64,000 nt of DNA from Moniliella sp. 'wahieum' (Eukaryota), in the NCBI GenBank assembly GCA_003971905.1, contig RSEE01000111.1:62001-126000 (forward strand), read 5' to 3'. The notes under the pieces were generated by a model. It was not told the DNA's origin. It was given only the letters and a program-made list of their open reading frames with translations, and did no database searches. The position numbers and the translations under genes are program-made. Position 1 is the stretch's first letter; each line of letters starts with the position of its first letter. This document shows positions 38,767 through 49,737 of this stretch, one piece after another.

Positions 38767-39500
38767 CCGATACACCGCCTTCCAGCAACATACATAATAT
38801 CGGTACGTCAGCAAAACTGGCGTGTAAAAGGAGCCGCGGGGGTTCCGGCTAAAGAGATAGGAAACAGACGATAGTATACTCTGCTAGGGACAGTGCACTG
38901 CTATTTAAGAACCCATTTTCCACAATGCCGGACGCACATCACCACTACCCTCACCCACTCTTTCTCTCCTCTTCAGCCTCTGCCGTCGCGCATCAGCACA
39001 CCGTATCTTCCATCAAGATGTCTCTTTTCACCATGTTCACCATCCCTACCAACACGATGGCGGCCGAGCCTCTTGGCCCTGACCAGGACCCGAGTATGTA
39101 ACGCAGCTCCGTTTGGTCTGATTCGACCGCCCCAACCGTATGTTGCTAACACTGTGCTGTTTGCACGCCCAGCTGGTTCCATGACTGGCTGTGTCATTGC
39201 CTAGAGGGGCTTTCTGGTAAAGCCCTCCCATGCCGGTCAATCCCCAATCCTCCCTTCACTGCTGTTAGTCAGCTTAGGCATATCAGCAGTTCTCCTTGGC
39301 ATCCCTATAGTTGATGCTGATCTCTGCGCCTGTTTGGCCCGTTGAGATGCTGAGAGGCGTGCACCATGATGTGTTTGTCTTTCAGTCTCTTCTAGCGCGG
39401 CCCCGGTATTTGATCACTCTTCTCTTTTACCTCTTATACCCCCGGACCCCCCCCCCCCCCCCCCCCCACCTATAGGAGAGAGCAGACACTTTGTGTGTTG
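38767..39500 (+). repeat. Pheromone cassette repeat, copy 1 (promoter, gene, 3' region, poly-C)
   Basis: High identity to ~42612-43345 and ~49959-50615; TATTTAAG at 38902; C21 tract at 39447-39467. Confidence 0.92.
39018..39204 (+). CDS. mfa: Lipopeptide mating pheromone precursor, copy 1: MSLFTMFTIPTNTMAAEPLGPDQDPTGSMTGCVIA (35 aa, CAAX = CVIA)
   Basis: Exon 39018-39093, intron 39094-39172 (GTATGT...GCTAAC...CAG), exon 39173-39204. Size, N-terminus and C-terminal CAAX are typical of basidiomycete pheromones; divergent from STE3. Confidence 0.93.
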
Positions 39501-39713
39501 CATTGATCAATGGTCCGTGAGCAACAGAGAGAGGCCTGGAAATATCCCTGTTTCCCAGTAAATATTAAGGAAGAGCGTTTGCACGGAATCGACACACCGA
39601 CTACTAAGGTTTGACCTAACCTCAATATTTAATGCCCTCTTACCCCCTACTGTGGCGTCACCCCCTAGAGAGGCGTTGTCAGCGCATCTCTCCCTGCCCG
39701 CCTTTCTTGTCCA

Positions 39714-39769
39714 AGTCCTGGCCGTTTAGTCCTGGCCGTTTAGTCCTGGCCGTTTAGTCCTGGCCATTT
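39714..39769. repeat. 14-bp tandem repeat (agtcctggccgttt) x4
   Basis: Seen directly. Confidence 0.9.
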
Positions 39770-39789
39770 CCAGCCAATTGATTGAATAA

Positions 39790-40745
39790 TACATGCAACC
39801 TCTCTCGTCTCTCCACTTAGCTGCCTCCTCTTCATCATCCAGCCTCTCGTCCTCCAGAGAGTTCCATGCGCCCAGTGGCGCGAGCCTTCCTTCAGCCGGT
39901 CAATTCCCGGGCCGTACCACAGCATATCGCGTGGGTTCCTTTCCAGCCACGTCGACAGCCGCCCCTGGACAGCCTCAGCTCTGGCAGTGTTTGTTCTCCA
40001 CTGACTCTACCCGTCCCTAAGTCCCAGAGGCTTCAGACACGTTACTATACGGCCCAAGCCGGTGCATAGGCAGCCTTGCCACACGTGCAGCCGCCTCAGC
40101 TTCATACTCAAAGGCTTCTCCTCGTCCCTAGCTCCACTCGGATCCACCAAGTAGCCCAATCCCGAAACTTCCTCGAGTCGTCTTTCTGTCACCTAAGGAA
40201 TTGTACCCCCAAAACGTGGGCGATCCCCTTGGCGGGTCCCGCCTGTGACAGGGTCGGCGTAATTCGCGTTGAATGGATCGAGCCCACCGCATCCTCGGTA
40301 CCACCTATCAGCCCTGATGCATTTTTCTCCACATCTCCGCCTTGCTGTACGACTCCGCCTGTTGTGCCACGGATACTCTTTTCACCACTGCTCCCCTTTG
40401 ATCCAGTAGTAAAGTCCCCATAGGATGGAAGGCATTATATAACACACTCATCCACCTATCGAGCGTAAACGCTAGGTCATTGGAGGATTATCCGAACGGA
40501 GCTAGGGCCAGGGCAGAGACGCGTCGGGTGGTGATCGGTCTTGCAAAATAAGCATTGTGGGCACAGTCGGCAGTCTTGTGGCCAGGGCGACGGCATGGCG
40601 GCACAACGCTGGTCGTGGATTGAAGGTACACTACACCGTGTGCGAGTGTGGTCGTTGGTGCGGCAATGAGGGCACCGCCAACAGTGAGCACGGTAGGGGG
40701 CATTTTAAGGTAGTGGACGGGCGCGTCGACGCGACCCTGTGTCAT
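39790..40745 (-). pseudogene. Decayed CCHC zinc-knuckle gene, copy A
   Basis: Reverse-complement similarity to 41065-41600. ATG 40745 (MTQGRVDAP..); knuckle remnant CRRPGHKTADC. Confidence 0.7.
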
Positions 40746-40759
40746 ACACAGCGGATTTC

Positions 40760-40900
40760 AAAAAGAGGTAAAAATATCAGCGATGTTCGGGAGCTGACAT
40801 CGGCGACGTGTTTGCATGGTTTTGAGGAAAATGATGTCAGCGACATCGAAAAAGAGGTCGTTGATATCAGCGACGGCGCAAAAGAGGTCGTTGATGTCAA
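40760..40900. repeat. ~30-bp degenerate tandem repeat (aaaagaggtcgttgatatcagcgac)
   Basis: Several imperfect units in the spacer between the head-to-head zinc-knuckle copies A and B. Confidence 0.75.
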
Positions 40901-40904
40901 TGAA

Positions 40905-40943
40905 GTAGCGTCCCCCTGTCCCAGCCTTAAGCTCTGTCAATGA
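40905..40943 (-). repeat. 54-bp motif, copy 2 (partial, 39 bp)
   Basis: Reverse complement reads TCATTGACAGAGCTTAAGGCTGGGACAGGGGGACGCTAC. Confidence 0.85.
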
Positions 40944-41064
40944 AATGGACATGGTCTAGAGATCTTTTATTACCATACGCGAGGGAGGTGCAAGAAATCC
41001 GCCAACAACCCTACTGCCCCCCCCCACCTGCACGTGACGGGGGGCTGCGCCAACGATCGGGCAT

Positions 41065-42097
41065 ATGACAGAGTCGCGTCGACGCGTCCCTCCACTCCCT
41101 TAAAATGCCCCCTACCCGTACTCACCGCCGGTGCCCCCATTGCGGCACCAACGACCACACTCACGCACAGTGTTCCTTCAATCCACGCCGAGAGTTGTGC
41201 TGCCACTGCCGTCGCCATGGCCACAAGGCTGCCGACTGCGGTAGTTTCGGGTTTGGGCTATTTGATGGATCCGAGCCGAGGAGAAGCCTTTGGGCGTGAA
41301 GCCGAGGCGTCCGCACGCGCGGAAAGGCTGTGTATGCGCCGGATTGGGGGTAGTAACGTAACTGAAGCCTACGGAGCTTAGGGACGGGTAGATGCTGTGG
41401 AGGAAAGAGACTGTCAGGGCTGAAGCTGGGCGGGAGCTGTGCACGTAGCTGTGAAAGGAACCCACGCGATATGCTGTGGTATGCGGAACCGACCCCGCTG
41501 AAGGAAGGCTCGCGCGACTGAGCAGATGGAGAGCTGGAGGACGAGGTTGGATAGTGAAGATGAGACAGCTAAGTGGAGACGATAGGTTGCCTGCATTACT
41601 CAATCAGTTGGCCGGAACCGTCAGGAGTTGGACAAGAAAGGTGGGAAGGGACGAGAATGGAAGGTGGGATAAAGGATCCCCACTGATTGAGGATGCTGAC
41701 TGTTGGCTGACCCTGTTTTGGTAACCCCCTCCTGTCTAAGCCTCACCGCACTGGCATATAGATGTTGACAGAGCGAAGCAGACGAAGCTGCTACAGAGTG
41801 CCACTTGGGAGCACTCATCGCGATCCTATGGATCAGCTGCAACGCAGCCTTCAGACAAGGCGTGAAGGCAATGTTCAAGCAACATCTGAATTGAAGGAAA
41901 GGAGACAGGAGAGAGAGAAGGGAGATGAAGCGAGCAGGGCGCGCGCGCCCTGCGAGCGGAACTCTTCCGCCCGGGTAAGTGAGCGTCACCGATCCACCGA
42001 GAGGGCCGTGCAAGGGAACCCCAGCACTACCCTCCAACAGAAGCAAGCGAAGACTGCGAAGGCACTAAGAATGTCATCCGATAGCACTTCCTCGTAA
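41065..42097 (+). pseudogene. CCHC zinc-knuckle gene, copy B (most complete), interrupted by stops and frameshifts
   Basis: Starts MTESRRRVPP. Two perfect C-x2-C-x4-H-x4-C knuckles, CPHCGTNDHTHAQC and CCHCRRHGHKAADC (in ORF 41105-41299). Ends MSSDSTSS*. Confidence 0.78.
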
Positions 42098-42230
42098 ATG
42101 ATAATGTCTTTTCGTGATCCGCTGTGTAATATGCCCGATCGTTGGCGTAGCCAGCCTCACCTACCCGTCACGTGCAGGTCGGCGAGCAATAGGGTTGTGG
42201 CGGATTCTTGTTCACCCTCTCTGATATAGA

Positions 42231-42284
42231 GGTTCGGTTTAGACGTAGCGTTCCCCCTGTCCCAGCCTTAAGCTCTGGCAATGA
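42231..42284 (-). repeat. 54-bp motif, copy 3
   Basis: Reverse complement reads TCATTGCCAGAGCTTAAGGCTGGGACAGGGGGAACGCTACGTCTAAACCGAACC. Confidence 0.9.
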
Positions 42285-42394
42285 TATGGATTCGAAAGTA
42301 GTAGAGATCGCAGTAACCTCTCTTCAAGCTGCAAGCAGTTGGCTTCATTGACCCTGTGTGAAACATAGGTCAGGTGGAACAGCGAGCAATGTAC

Positions 42395-42403
42395 ACAAAG
42401 GGA
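42395..42403 (+). promoter_or_regulatory. Pheromone response element ACAAAGGGA upstream of pheromone copy 2
   Basis: Exact match to the PRE consensus. Confidence 0.65.
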
Positions 42404-42865
42404 ATTATTTTTCGACCCAACAGCAGCCACAACAGTCATATTGAAGGAAGTATACTATGTAGCTGAAAACCTTGGATTGGCGTATGAAAATATGGCTCAA
42501 GACCTTCACTGCCAGTGGGGGTGAACGAGATTCGCTCCACCCACCCCGAACAGAGAGGGCGGACCTTCCGAAAGAGATTTGGAACTTCCGAAAGAGGGAG
42601 AGTCGACTTGCCGATACACCCTGCGTTCCAGCAACGTGGACATCGGTACGTCACAGCAAACCTGGCGTGTAAAAGGAGCCGCGGGGGTTCCGGCTCAAGA
42701 TAGGAAACAGAGGATAGTATACTCTGCTATTAGGGACAGTGCACTGCTATTTAAGAACTCATTTTCCGCAATGCCGGACGCACATCACCACTACCCTCAC
42801 CCACCTCTTGTCTCTCCTCTTCAGCCTCTGCCGACGCGCATCAGCACACCTTAACTTCCATCAAG

Positions 42866-43054
42866 ATGTCTCTTTTCACCATGTTCACCATCCCTACCAA
42901 CACGATGGCGGCCGAGCCTATTGGCCCTGACCAGGACCCGAGTATGTAACGCAGCTCCGTTTGGTCTGATTCGACTGCCCCCCGACCGTATGTTGCTAAC
43001 ACTGTGCTGTTTGCACGCCCAGCTGGTTCCATGACTGGCTGTGTCATTGCCTAG
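42866..43054 (+). CDS. mfa: Pheromone precursor, copy 2: MSLFTMFTIPTNTMAAEPIGPDQDPTGSMTGCVIA
   Basis: Exons 42866-42941 and 43023-43054; 81-nt GT-AG intron with a GCTAAC branch site; intact CAAX and stop. Confidence 0.93.
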
Positions 43055-43340
43055 AGGGGCTTTCTGGTAAGCCCTCCCCATGCCGGTCAATCCCCAATCC
43101 TCTCTTCACTGCTGTTAGTCAGCTTAGGCATATCAGCAGTTCTTCTTGGCATCCCTACGGTTGATGCTGATCTCTGCGCCTGTTTGGCCCGCTGAGATGC
43201 TGAGAGGCGTGCACCATGATGTGTTTGTCTTCAGTCTCTTCTAGCGCGGCCCAGGTTTTGATCACTTCTCTTTTACCTCATATATTGGACCCCCCCCCCC
43301 CCCCCCCCCCCCACCTATAGGAGAAAGCAGACAGTTGGTG

Positions 43341-43511
43341 TGTTGTTATAGACCCGAGAGAAGGTAGTTGGTACTAGTGTATTGCATTAGTTGCACATGA
43401 GCTACAGAGGATAGAGAATATTCCTGCCCGCCAGGAAGGAATATTGCATGGAACCAACCAGAAGGTTCCGGACTTGGGCTACCGCCGCCACTACACCAGT
43501 GTGGCGTCACA
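43341..43511 (-). repeat. Possible 3' LTR of the copia element
   Basis: TG...CA-bounded ~170-bp segment just beyond the RNase H stop, next to a short purine run (GGAGA) on the minus strand. Weak similarity to 39496-39661 (shared tgtggcgtcac). No matching 5' LTR found. Confidence 0.3.
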
Positions 43512-43547
43512 TCTCCACAAGCCCAAGGACGGTACCGACGGTTTTCC

Positions 43548-46500
43548 TCAAGCGCTCGAGCTCTTCAATCCCCACCAAAACCTATAGGCACCGGAGTGTC
43601 CAGGTGGGGGGAGATCAGGAATAGGACCCAATTCGCGGTCACGCAGCGGCTCCAGGGCCATGTATGCCCGGCTCTTGCTGTGGAGGTCGGAGACGTTGTC
43701 CACACCTTTTAAGGACACAGGAGTAACAATCCCTGCTCGGTTGCTCTCACGTATATAGGTGTAGGAGCGGGCAACGTGGCGCGTCCCTTTGGCAGAACCC
43801 CAATTATTCGCGCAGGCGACTGCTGCCACGGATGAGTCGCGCCGAAGCGCGAAAGGAATACCTGCGGGAAAAGCACCAAGCTCCGCTAACAGTTCACGCA
43901 GCGCCATAGCATAAGCCACACCCTCACTCGCTGCCACATACTCCGAGTCGCCCGTGCTGCGTCCCACCACGCGCTGCTTGGCCGAGCGCCAGCCAACCAA
44001 GGCTCCAAAAACGTAGACTGCCAGGCCAGAGGTGGCCTTGCTGCCCCACCTTTCGTTCTTGTAGCTACTGTCGGTAAAAAGTTCCAGCGGTGGGCCAAGG
44101 GTAGGGTGGAGTCGGAGCGCTAGACCAGCATTGTGACCCAGATAGCCCCCTACCCCGGCCAAAGCCGTCCAGTGTTGGGGACCAGGGTCAGCGCAGAATT
44201 GTCCAAGGGAGCGCACAGCAAAAGCAATGTCCGGCGGGTGCAGGACGCGATCCATCCTAGTGTTCCCACTTCACTGGCGAAGCGATGTGTCTCCTCCTCC
44301 GGACACTGTCGCTCGCCTTCAGCGCGGGGGACAAGCTGAGTCCCCGTAGGAAGGGCTGACGATAAGGTGGCTCGCCCTCACGTCCAAATCTTCACGTGCT
44401 CGCCTTAATATAGTCCTCCTGAGAGACATGGCACTCTCCAGGTCGGAAGCGAAACGCACACTCAGAAAGTATGCTAACGGACCGCCGTCCTTGACATCCA
44501 CATGTTGGCGTAGGTCCCATAAGAAGTTGTAGTATGCCTCAGCAGATGAGGCAGCGACGCAAGGATCATCCACCATATACAGAGGATGATCACTTCTTCA
44601 CCGCGTACACGGGTAAATACGCACGGGTCGGCGATAGTGGAGGTGCAGCCGATGAGTTGGAGCAACCCGGTAAGTTTCTCATACCATCTCCGCGAGCTCT
44701 GCTTCAGGCCATACGGGGCTTTCTTGAGTAGCCACACCTTACCATCTTCCCCGCCGAAGCCCTTTGGCGGTTCCATGCACACGTATATTCGCTTGGCTGG
44801 ATGTCGGCATAAAAGAAAGCGAACACCACATCGCAAGTGAAAACGGGTCAGTCATGACGCAGAGCAAGAACGATAACGGTTAGCAGTGCCATGAAGCGTA
44901 CAGTGGCGGAAGATTACGTAGTAGCTGGATCATAGTCAAGGCCCGGGCGTTGAAGGAAGCCCTGGCCTACCCACCGGGCGCGCCGCCGAACTAGTCAACC
45001 GGCCTCGGTTTTGTAATGGCAGACAAAGCGAACCCTCGACACCATGGCATCACTCCCTTTCGCCGTCACTCCCTTTCGCCGTCACTCCCTTTCGCCGGCC
45101 GCTGCACGCTCTCCCAAACCCCCCCGGTCTTCCAGATTCTTCACCTCATCCCCGAAAGCCTGCTCCCACTCGCTTGCATCCGCACCTCGTCGGGCTTCAT
45201 ACTCATTGCGGGGATCCACCAACAGAGGAGGGACATCCCCACCATTGTCCCCACCATTGTCCCCACCATTGCCCCCACCACTTCCCACTGTGGTCACAGC
45301 CGCGGCAATGGGATGGGACGGTTGATATGCTTCGTCCCTAGTTTTGCCCTGATAGGGCCCAAAAGTTTGGACCAAACTGATTGCGCAAATCAGCCTGTAG
45401 GGCCGCCTGCCGTCTCGGGCGTTCATTGTGGTCCGGTACCGCAGCATTCGGCGCGGTTGGCTCCAACTCCGCAATCGTGGCTGATGGAATCAACGTGCGC
45501 CTGGGGCACAGGTCCAGGTAGTTGGTGTCATCACCCCATCGTAACATATCCCTCACCCAGGTGAACCGCCACTGCGATACTTCCCACTCGCCCACTAGCC
45601 ACTTGCTTTGGCCCACGTCGTATCCAAGCGAGGAGCACCACGGGACGACAAGCGATTCTCCCGATCCTCTTCGTTCACGAGCGCATGGGCCACTGCACCA
45701 AAGCGATGAAGGTACGCTGGCGCAGCTGGTTTCTCCAGGTAACGCGTGGCAGGATTCGGAGGGCCAAGCTTGCCGATACTCATGTTGTGTATATATGCTG
45801 CGGCCTCAATGGCGAGCGGCCAAAGGTCCACATTCATCCGCCATGCCCGCATCTTGCAGTAGGGCTCGCGTAGTCGTGACAAGTTCTTGTTGGACACGCT
45901 CCACTTTGCCATTGCTGGCGCTAGCATTACACACCGTCTGGATGTGGCGAATCCCCATTTCAGAAAAGAAGGAAGCAAGAAGAAGCAAACTCAGTACCTT
46001 GGTCCGAATGGACGACAGATACCCTGTACCCCTTGTGCTGGAAACGTCGCTCCTCTTGGACGATGTGATTCCGGAGGAAGTAGCAACCTTGTCCTTTCCC
46101 GCCGCAGGATAAACGGAGCAGTACCTGGTGTGATCGTCCAAGATCATGAGCATGACAGTGGCGCCAAAAGCGTCTGACAGGGGGAACGTTGTCATCACGT
46201 CAACATGTAGCTTGTAGAGCGGTTGAGGGGAAGTCACGGGTTCGGCTACCCGATGGTGGGGAGCGTGGCGAGCTTTCTCGGTGGCACACACGGTACAGAA
46301 CCATTTGCTTTCCGCGCGGCGGACAACTGCGGCCGGTACCTCACAACTGTGTCCTTTGGAGGATTCAACCAGGCGGCCGAGTCCTATATGCCCTAAGCTC
46401 CTATGAGCGTCCATAACGCGCTCAAGATCGCCCTTCGAGGGTGTGGCCCGTGCAGAAGACGCGCTTGCTGTCGCCACGATTGGCGTCGGGGCCAACACGT

Positions 46501-47476
46501 GTGGCTGGGCTAAAAAAGTGGGAGTCGAGCACGACCTTGGCTGGCGGCGGCGTGTGCTGGTGTAAGTTGCGCATCGCCGCCCTGGGCGCGTCAGGTTCCC
46601 ACGGCAGGCCGACATCGCTCCGGGCGGCCGTGGTAGGTGGTGGAGTCTAAAGTGGGGCTGCTTGGGCTGCGCTGACCGGACTGGTTTCAAGGTTTCACAC
46701 AGGTCGACGTGCAACCAGTTGCACGCGCGGCCGGCAATCAACGTCACTAGTCACTAGTCACTAGTCACTGCTATGCCTGAAGTTGCCTCGCCAAGTGATC
46801 ATCGATCACTCGACAGAAGCGGGTCTACCAACCCTTCCACTAGACGGCACTCTGGCATGTAAAGGGATACAACTTCAAGCTTCATCGTTTACGCGTTAGG
46901 CCTTAGGGCGCGTACCCAGACGCGAACATCACCGATGTGGTTGCACAGCACAAGTTCACCATTTGCCAGCTCCGCCTTTTCCCGCGTCAGTGGGCCGCAC
47001 GTTCACCACCGGCCATCCGAGTCATTACGCAGAAGTGTCCATGGATCCTGAGAGATGCGTGCCTGCTTGAAATAGCCTCAGATTGTAGACGCCAACAGGG
47101 GGCCAGAAAGGCTGTCTTTCAGGGCCCGGTGAGGGGACGTGAGCCCGTCCCTGTCCAACATGTTCTCAACAGGACTAACTGCCCCCTCAAAATCAGCCTG
47201 GTAATTGTACCCACAGTCTCAGAGCTTGCCTTTTCCAAACAGGAGGATACTTGTCTTGATTTTCCTATCCAATATTCGCTCGACAGATCCAAACAAGTCT
47301 TGAACATACGACGACCAGGGACCATAAGATGTGGCCTTGGCTGTGAGCTTGGGAAGACTTGACCAGCCACCGCTGCGATTCACAGCAGTTTCAACCGCGG
47401 CGTTGAACGTAGGAAGCGAATCTTGGGATACGACCGTAGACAAAGGTGTCACGACGCTGGGGTTGAACGTTGACAA
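43548..47476 (-). mobile_element. Degenerate Ty1/copia LTR retrotransposon (gag fragment, integrase, RT, RNase H)
   Basis: Gag-like LPKLTAKATSYGPWSSYVQDLF. Pre-integrase HRSLGH..CTVC. Integrase LHVDV..ILDDHTRY..NGKVER. RT WVGQGFLQRPGLDY, MEPPKGF..LKKAPYGLKQSSRRW, ADPCVF and VDD. RNase H PDIAFAV..FTDSSY..WRSAKQRVVGRSTGDSEYVA. The IN-RT-RH order defines copia; no protease recognised. Confidence 0.93.
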
Positions 47477-47570
47477 CTTACACGCGTGATTACCTGATGC
47501 ACCTGCAGTGCTCCCACTCAGTTGTGTTTTTGTTCATGTCAGGTTCTCTCTAAGTTGCGTCCACTGCATA

Positions 47571-47624
47571 TCATTGACAGAGCTTAAGGCTGGGACAGGG
47601 GAGTCGCTACGTCTAAACCGAACC
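47571..47624 (+). repeat. 54-bp motif, copy 4
   Basis: TCATTGACAGAGCTTAAGGCTGGGACAGGGGAGTCGCTACGTCTAAACCGAACC, ~95 bp upstream of the copia gag-like ORF. Confidence 0.9.
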
Positions 47625-47637
47625 TGTGAAACATATA

Positions 47638-48506
47638 GAACGAGGAAGTGCTATCCGATGATATACTCTTAGTGCCTTCGCAGCCTCCACTTGCTTCTGT
47701 TGGAGGGTAGTGAGCTTCACGGGCCCTCAGTGGATCGGTGACGCTCGCTTAACCGGTTGAAAGAGTTCCGCTCGCAGGCCGCGCACGCCTTGCTCGCTCC
47801 ATCTCCCTTCTCTCTCTCCTGTCTCCATCCCTTCAGACGGTGCTTGATTCCTTCATGCCTTGTCTGAAGGCCGCTTTGCAGCTGATCCATAGGATAAGTC
47901 GCACTCTAGCAGTTTCGTCTGCTTCGCTCTGTCACCATCTATATGCCACTGCGATGTGGCTTAGACAGGAAGGGGTTACCAAAAAGGAGTCAATCAATAG
48001 TCAGCATCCTCGATCAATGGGAATCCTTTATCCCACCTTCCATTCTCGTCCCTTCCCGCCTTTCCTGTCGAACTCCTGACTGTTTCCAGCCAATTGATTG
48101 AGTAATACAGGAAACCTTTCGTCTCCACTTAGCTCCTTGCCAAGCGTGCGGCCGCTTCGGCTTCACGGCCAAAGGCTATCCAGCAAATAGCCAAAGCCCG
48201 AAACTACCGTGAGTCGTTCTGCACGTAAGGGATTGTACCCCACCAGCCTGGGTGAGCCTCCTGGCAGGGCCTCCCTGTACGCCTGTGACAGGGTTATCAT
48301 CGTAATTCACGTTTCATGGATCGGGCCTACCACCTCTTCCATCCCCTCCCTTGGCCACCGAGTCCCTTTGGGTTATCCCCCCCCCTCTCAATTGCTCTCC
48401 ACATCTCCTCCTTGCTCTATCACTCCTCCTTGCCAGGGTTACTCTTTGCACCACCGCTCCCCTTGTAAGGTATGGGAGAGGGGACGCGTCGACGCGACTC
48501 TGTCAT
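47638..48506 (-). pseudogene. Zinc-knuckle gene family, copy C (knuckles deleted)
   Basis: ATG 48506 gives MTESRRRVP; the 3' half matches the reverse complement of ~41570-42095. Confidence 0.7.
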
Positions 48507-48521
48507 ATGCCCGATCATTAA

Positions 48522-49413
48522 TCACGAGGAAGTGCTATCGGATGACATCATTTTTTGTCCCTTCGCAGCCTCCGTTTGCATCTGTTGGGGTGGTAGTGTT
48601 AGGCCTCCCCTGCACCCCTCAGTGAATCGGTGACGCTCTTGCTTAGCCGGTCGAAAGAGTTCCGAAAGAGTTCCGCTCGCAGGGCCCGCGCGCCCTGCTC
48701 GCTCCATCTCCCTTCTCTCTCTCCTGCCTTCTTTCCTTCAGATGCTTGTAGACTTGTGGTCACCCCTTTGCCTTCACGCCTGCAGTGTCTGAAGGCTGCT
48801 TTGCAGCTCATTGGTAGGATCTTGAGTGCTCCCAAGTCGCACTCTATAGCAGCTTCGTCTGCTTCGCTCTGTCAACATCTACGTATACGCAGCCTTGCCA
48901 CGCGTGCAGCCGCCTCGGCTTCACACCCAAAGGCTTCTCCTAGCTCGGATAGCCCAGGCTCAAAACTACCGTGAGCCGTCTTTCACGTAAGGGACTGTAC
49001 CCCACCAACCTGAGTGAGCCCCCTGGCAGGGCCCGCCTGCGACAGGGTCGTCGTAATTCACGGTACATGGATCGAGCCCGCCACCTCTGGATCATCGATC
49101 ATCCTTACTCCATCCTTCCACCAATCCACTTTGTCCTCCCCTCTCTTCTTGTCCTCCCCCCTCTTCTTGTCCTTCCCCCCCCACCTTATTTTTGTCGCAA
49201 AGACCCCAATTGCTTTCCACATCTCCTCCTTGCTCCACCGCCCCGCGGCAGTCTTTAGCCAGGTCGACGGCCGTGGGGGCACAAACGTGGGAGTGGATTG
49301 AAGGGGCACCGTGTGCCAGTGTGGTCGTTGGTGCCGCAATGGGGGCTCCGACGGTGAGTACGGGTAGGGGCATTTGAAGTGGGTGGAGGGACGCGTCGAC
49401 GCGACTCTGTCTT
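48522..49413 (-). pseudogene. Zinc-knuckle gene family, copy D (ATG changed to AAG), head-to-tail with copy C and divergent from pheromone copy 3
   Basis: KTESRRRVPPPTSNAPTRTHRRSPHCGTNDHTGTRCPFNP...; ends MMSSDSTSS* at 48522. Confidence 0.72.
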
Positions 49414-49737
49414 ATGCCCGATCGTTGGTTGGCGCAGCCAGTCCCACCCACCCGTCACGTGGTCCGCGGGCAGTAGGGTTGCACATTTCTTTTGCCTGCT
49501 CGAACATGGAACTAAGAGATTGGCGTAGCCAGCCCCGCGGAGCAGTAGGGTTGCACATCAGGGAGCAGTAGGGTTGCACACTTTCTTTGCACCCTCGCAT
49601 ATGGAAAGTAACCGGTAACCGGTAACCTCTCTTCAAGTTTCAAGCTTCATTAAGCTTCAAGCTTCAAGCTTCAAGCTTCATTGGCTTCATTAAACCCTGT
49701 GTGAAACATAGGTCAGGTGGAACAGCGAGCAATGTAC

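Larger units (their letters stand above)
42313..43345 (+). repeat. Pheromone cassette repeat, copy 2
   Basis: Near-identical to 49622-50615; TATTTAAG at 42748; C23 tract at 43290-43312. Confidence 0.92.

Noticed and set aside
38893..39204. The 103-aa ORF-track protein ending CVIA as the pheromone precursor
   Set aside because: It has a non-ATG start, reads through the intron, and the frame is not conserved in copies 2 and 3. The spliced 35-aa model is conserved in all three.
36404..47624. The 54-bp motif as a Helitron 5' end (A|TC start)
   Set aside because: No associated 3' hairpin-CTRR terminus or RepHel coding sequence was identified.
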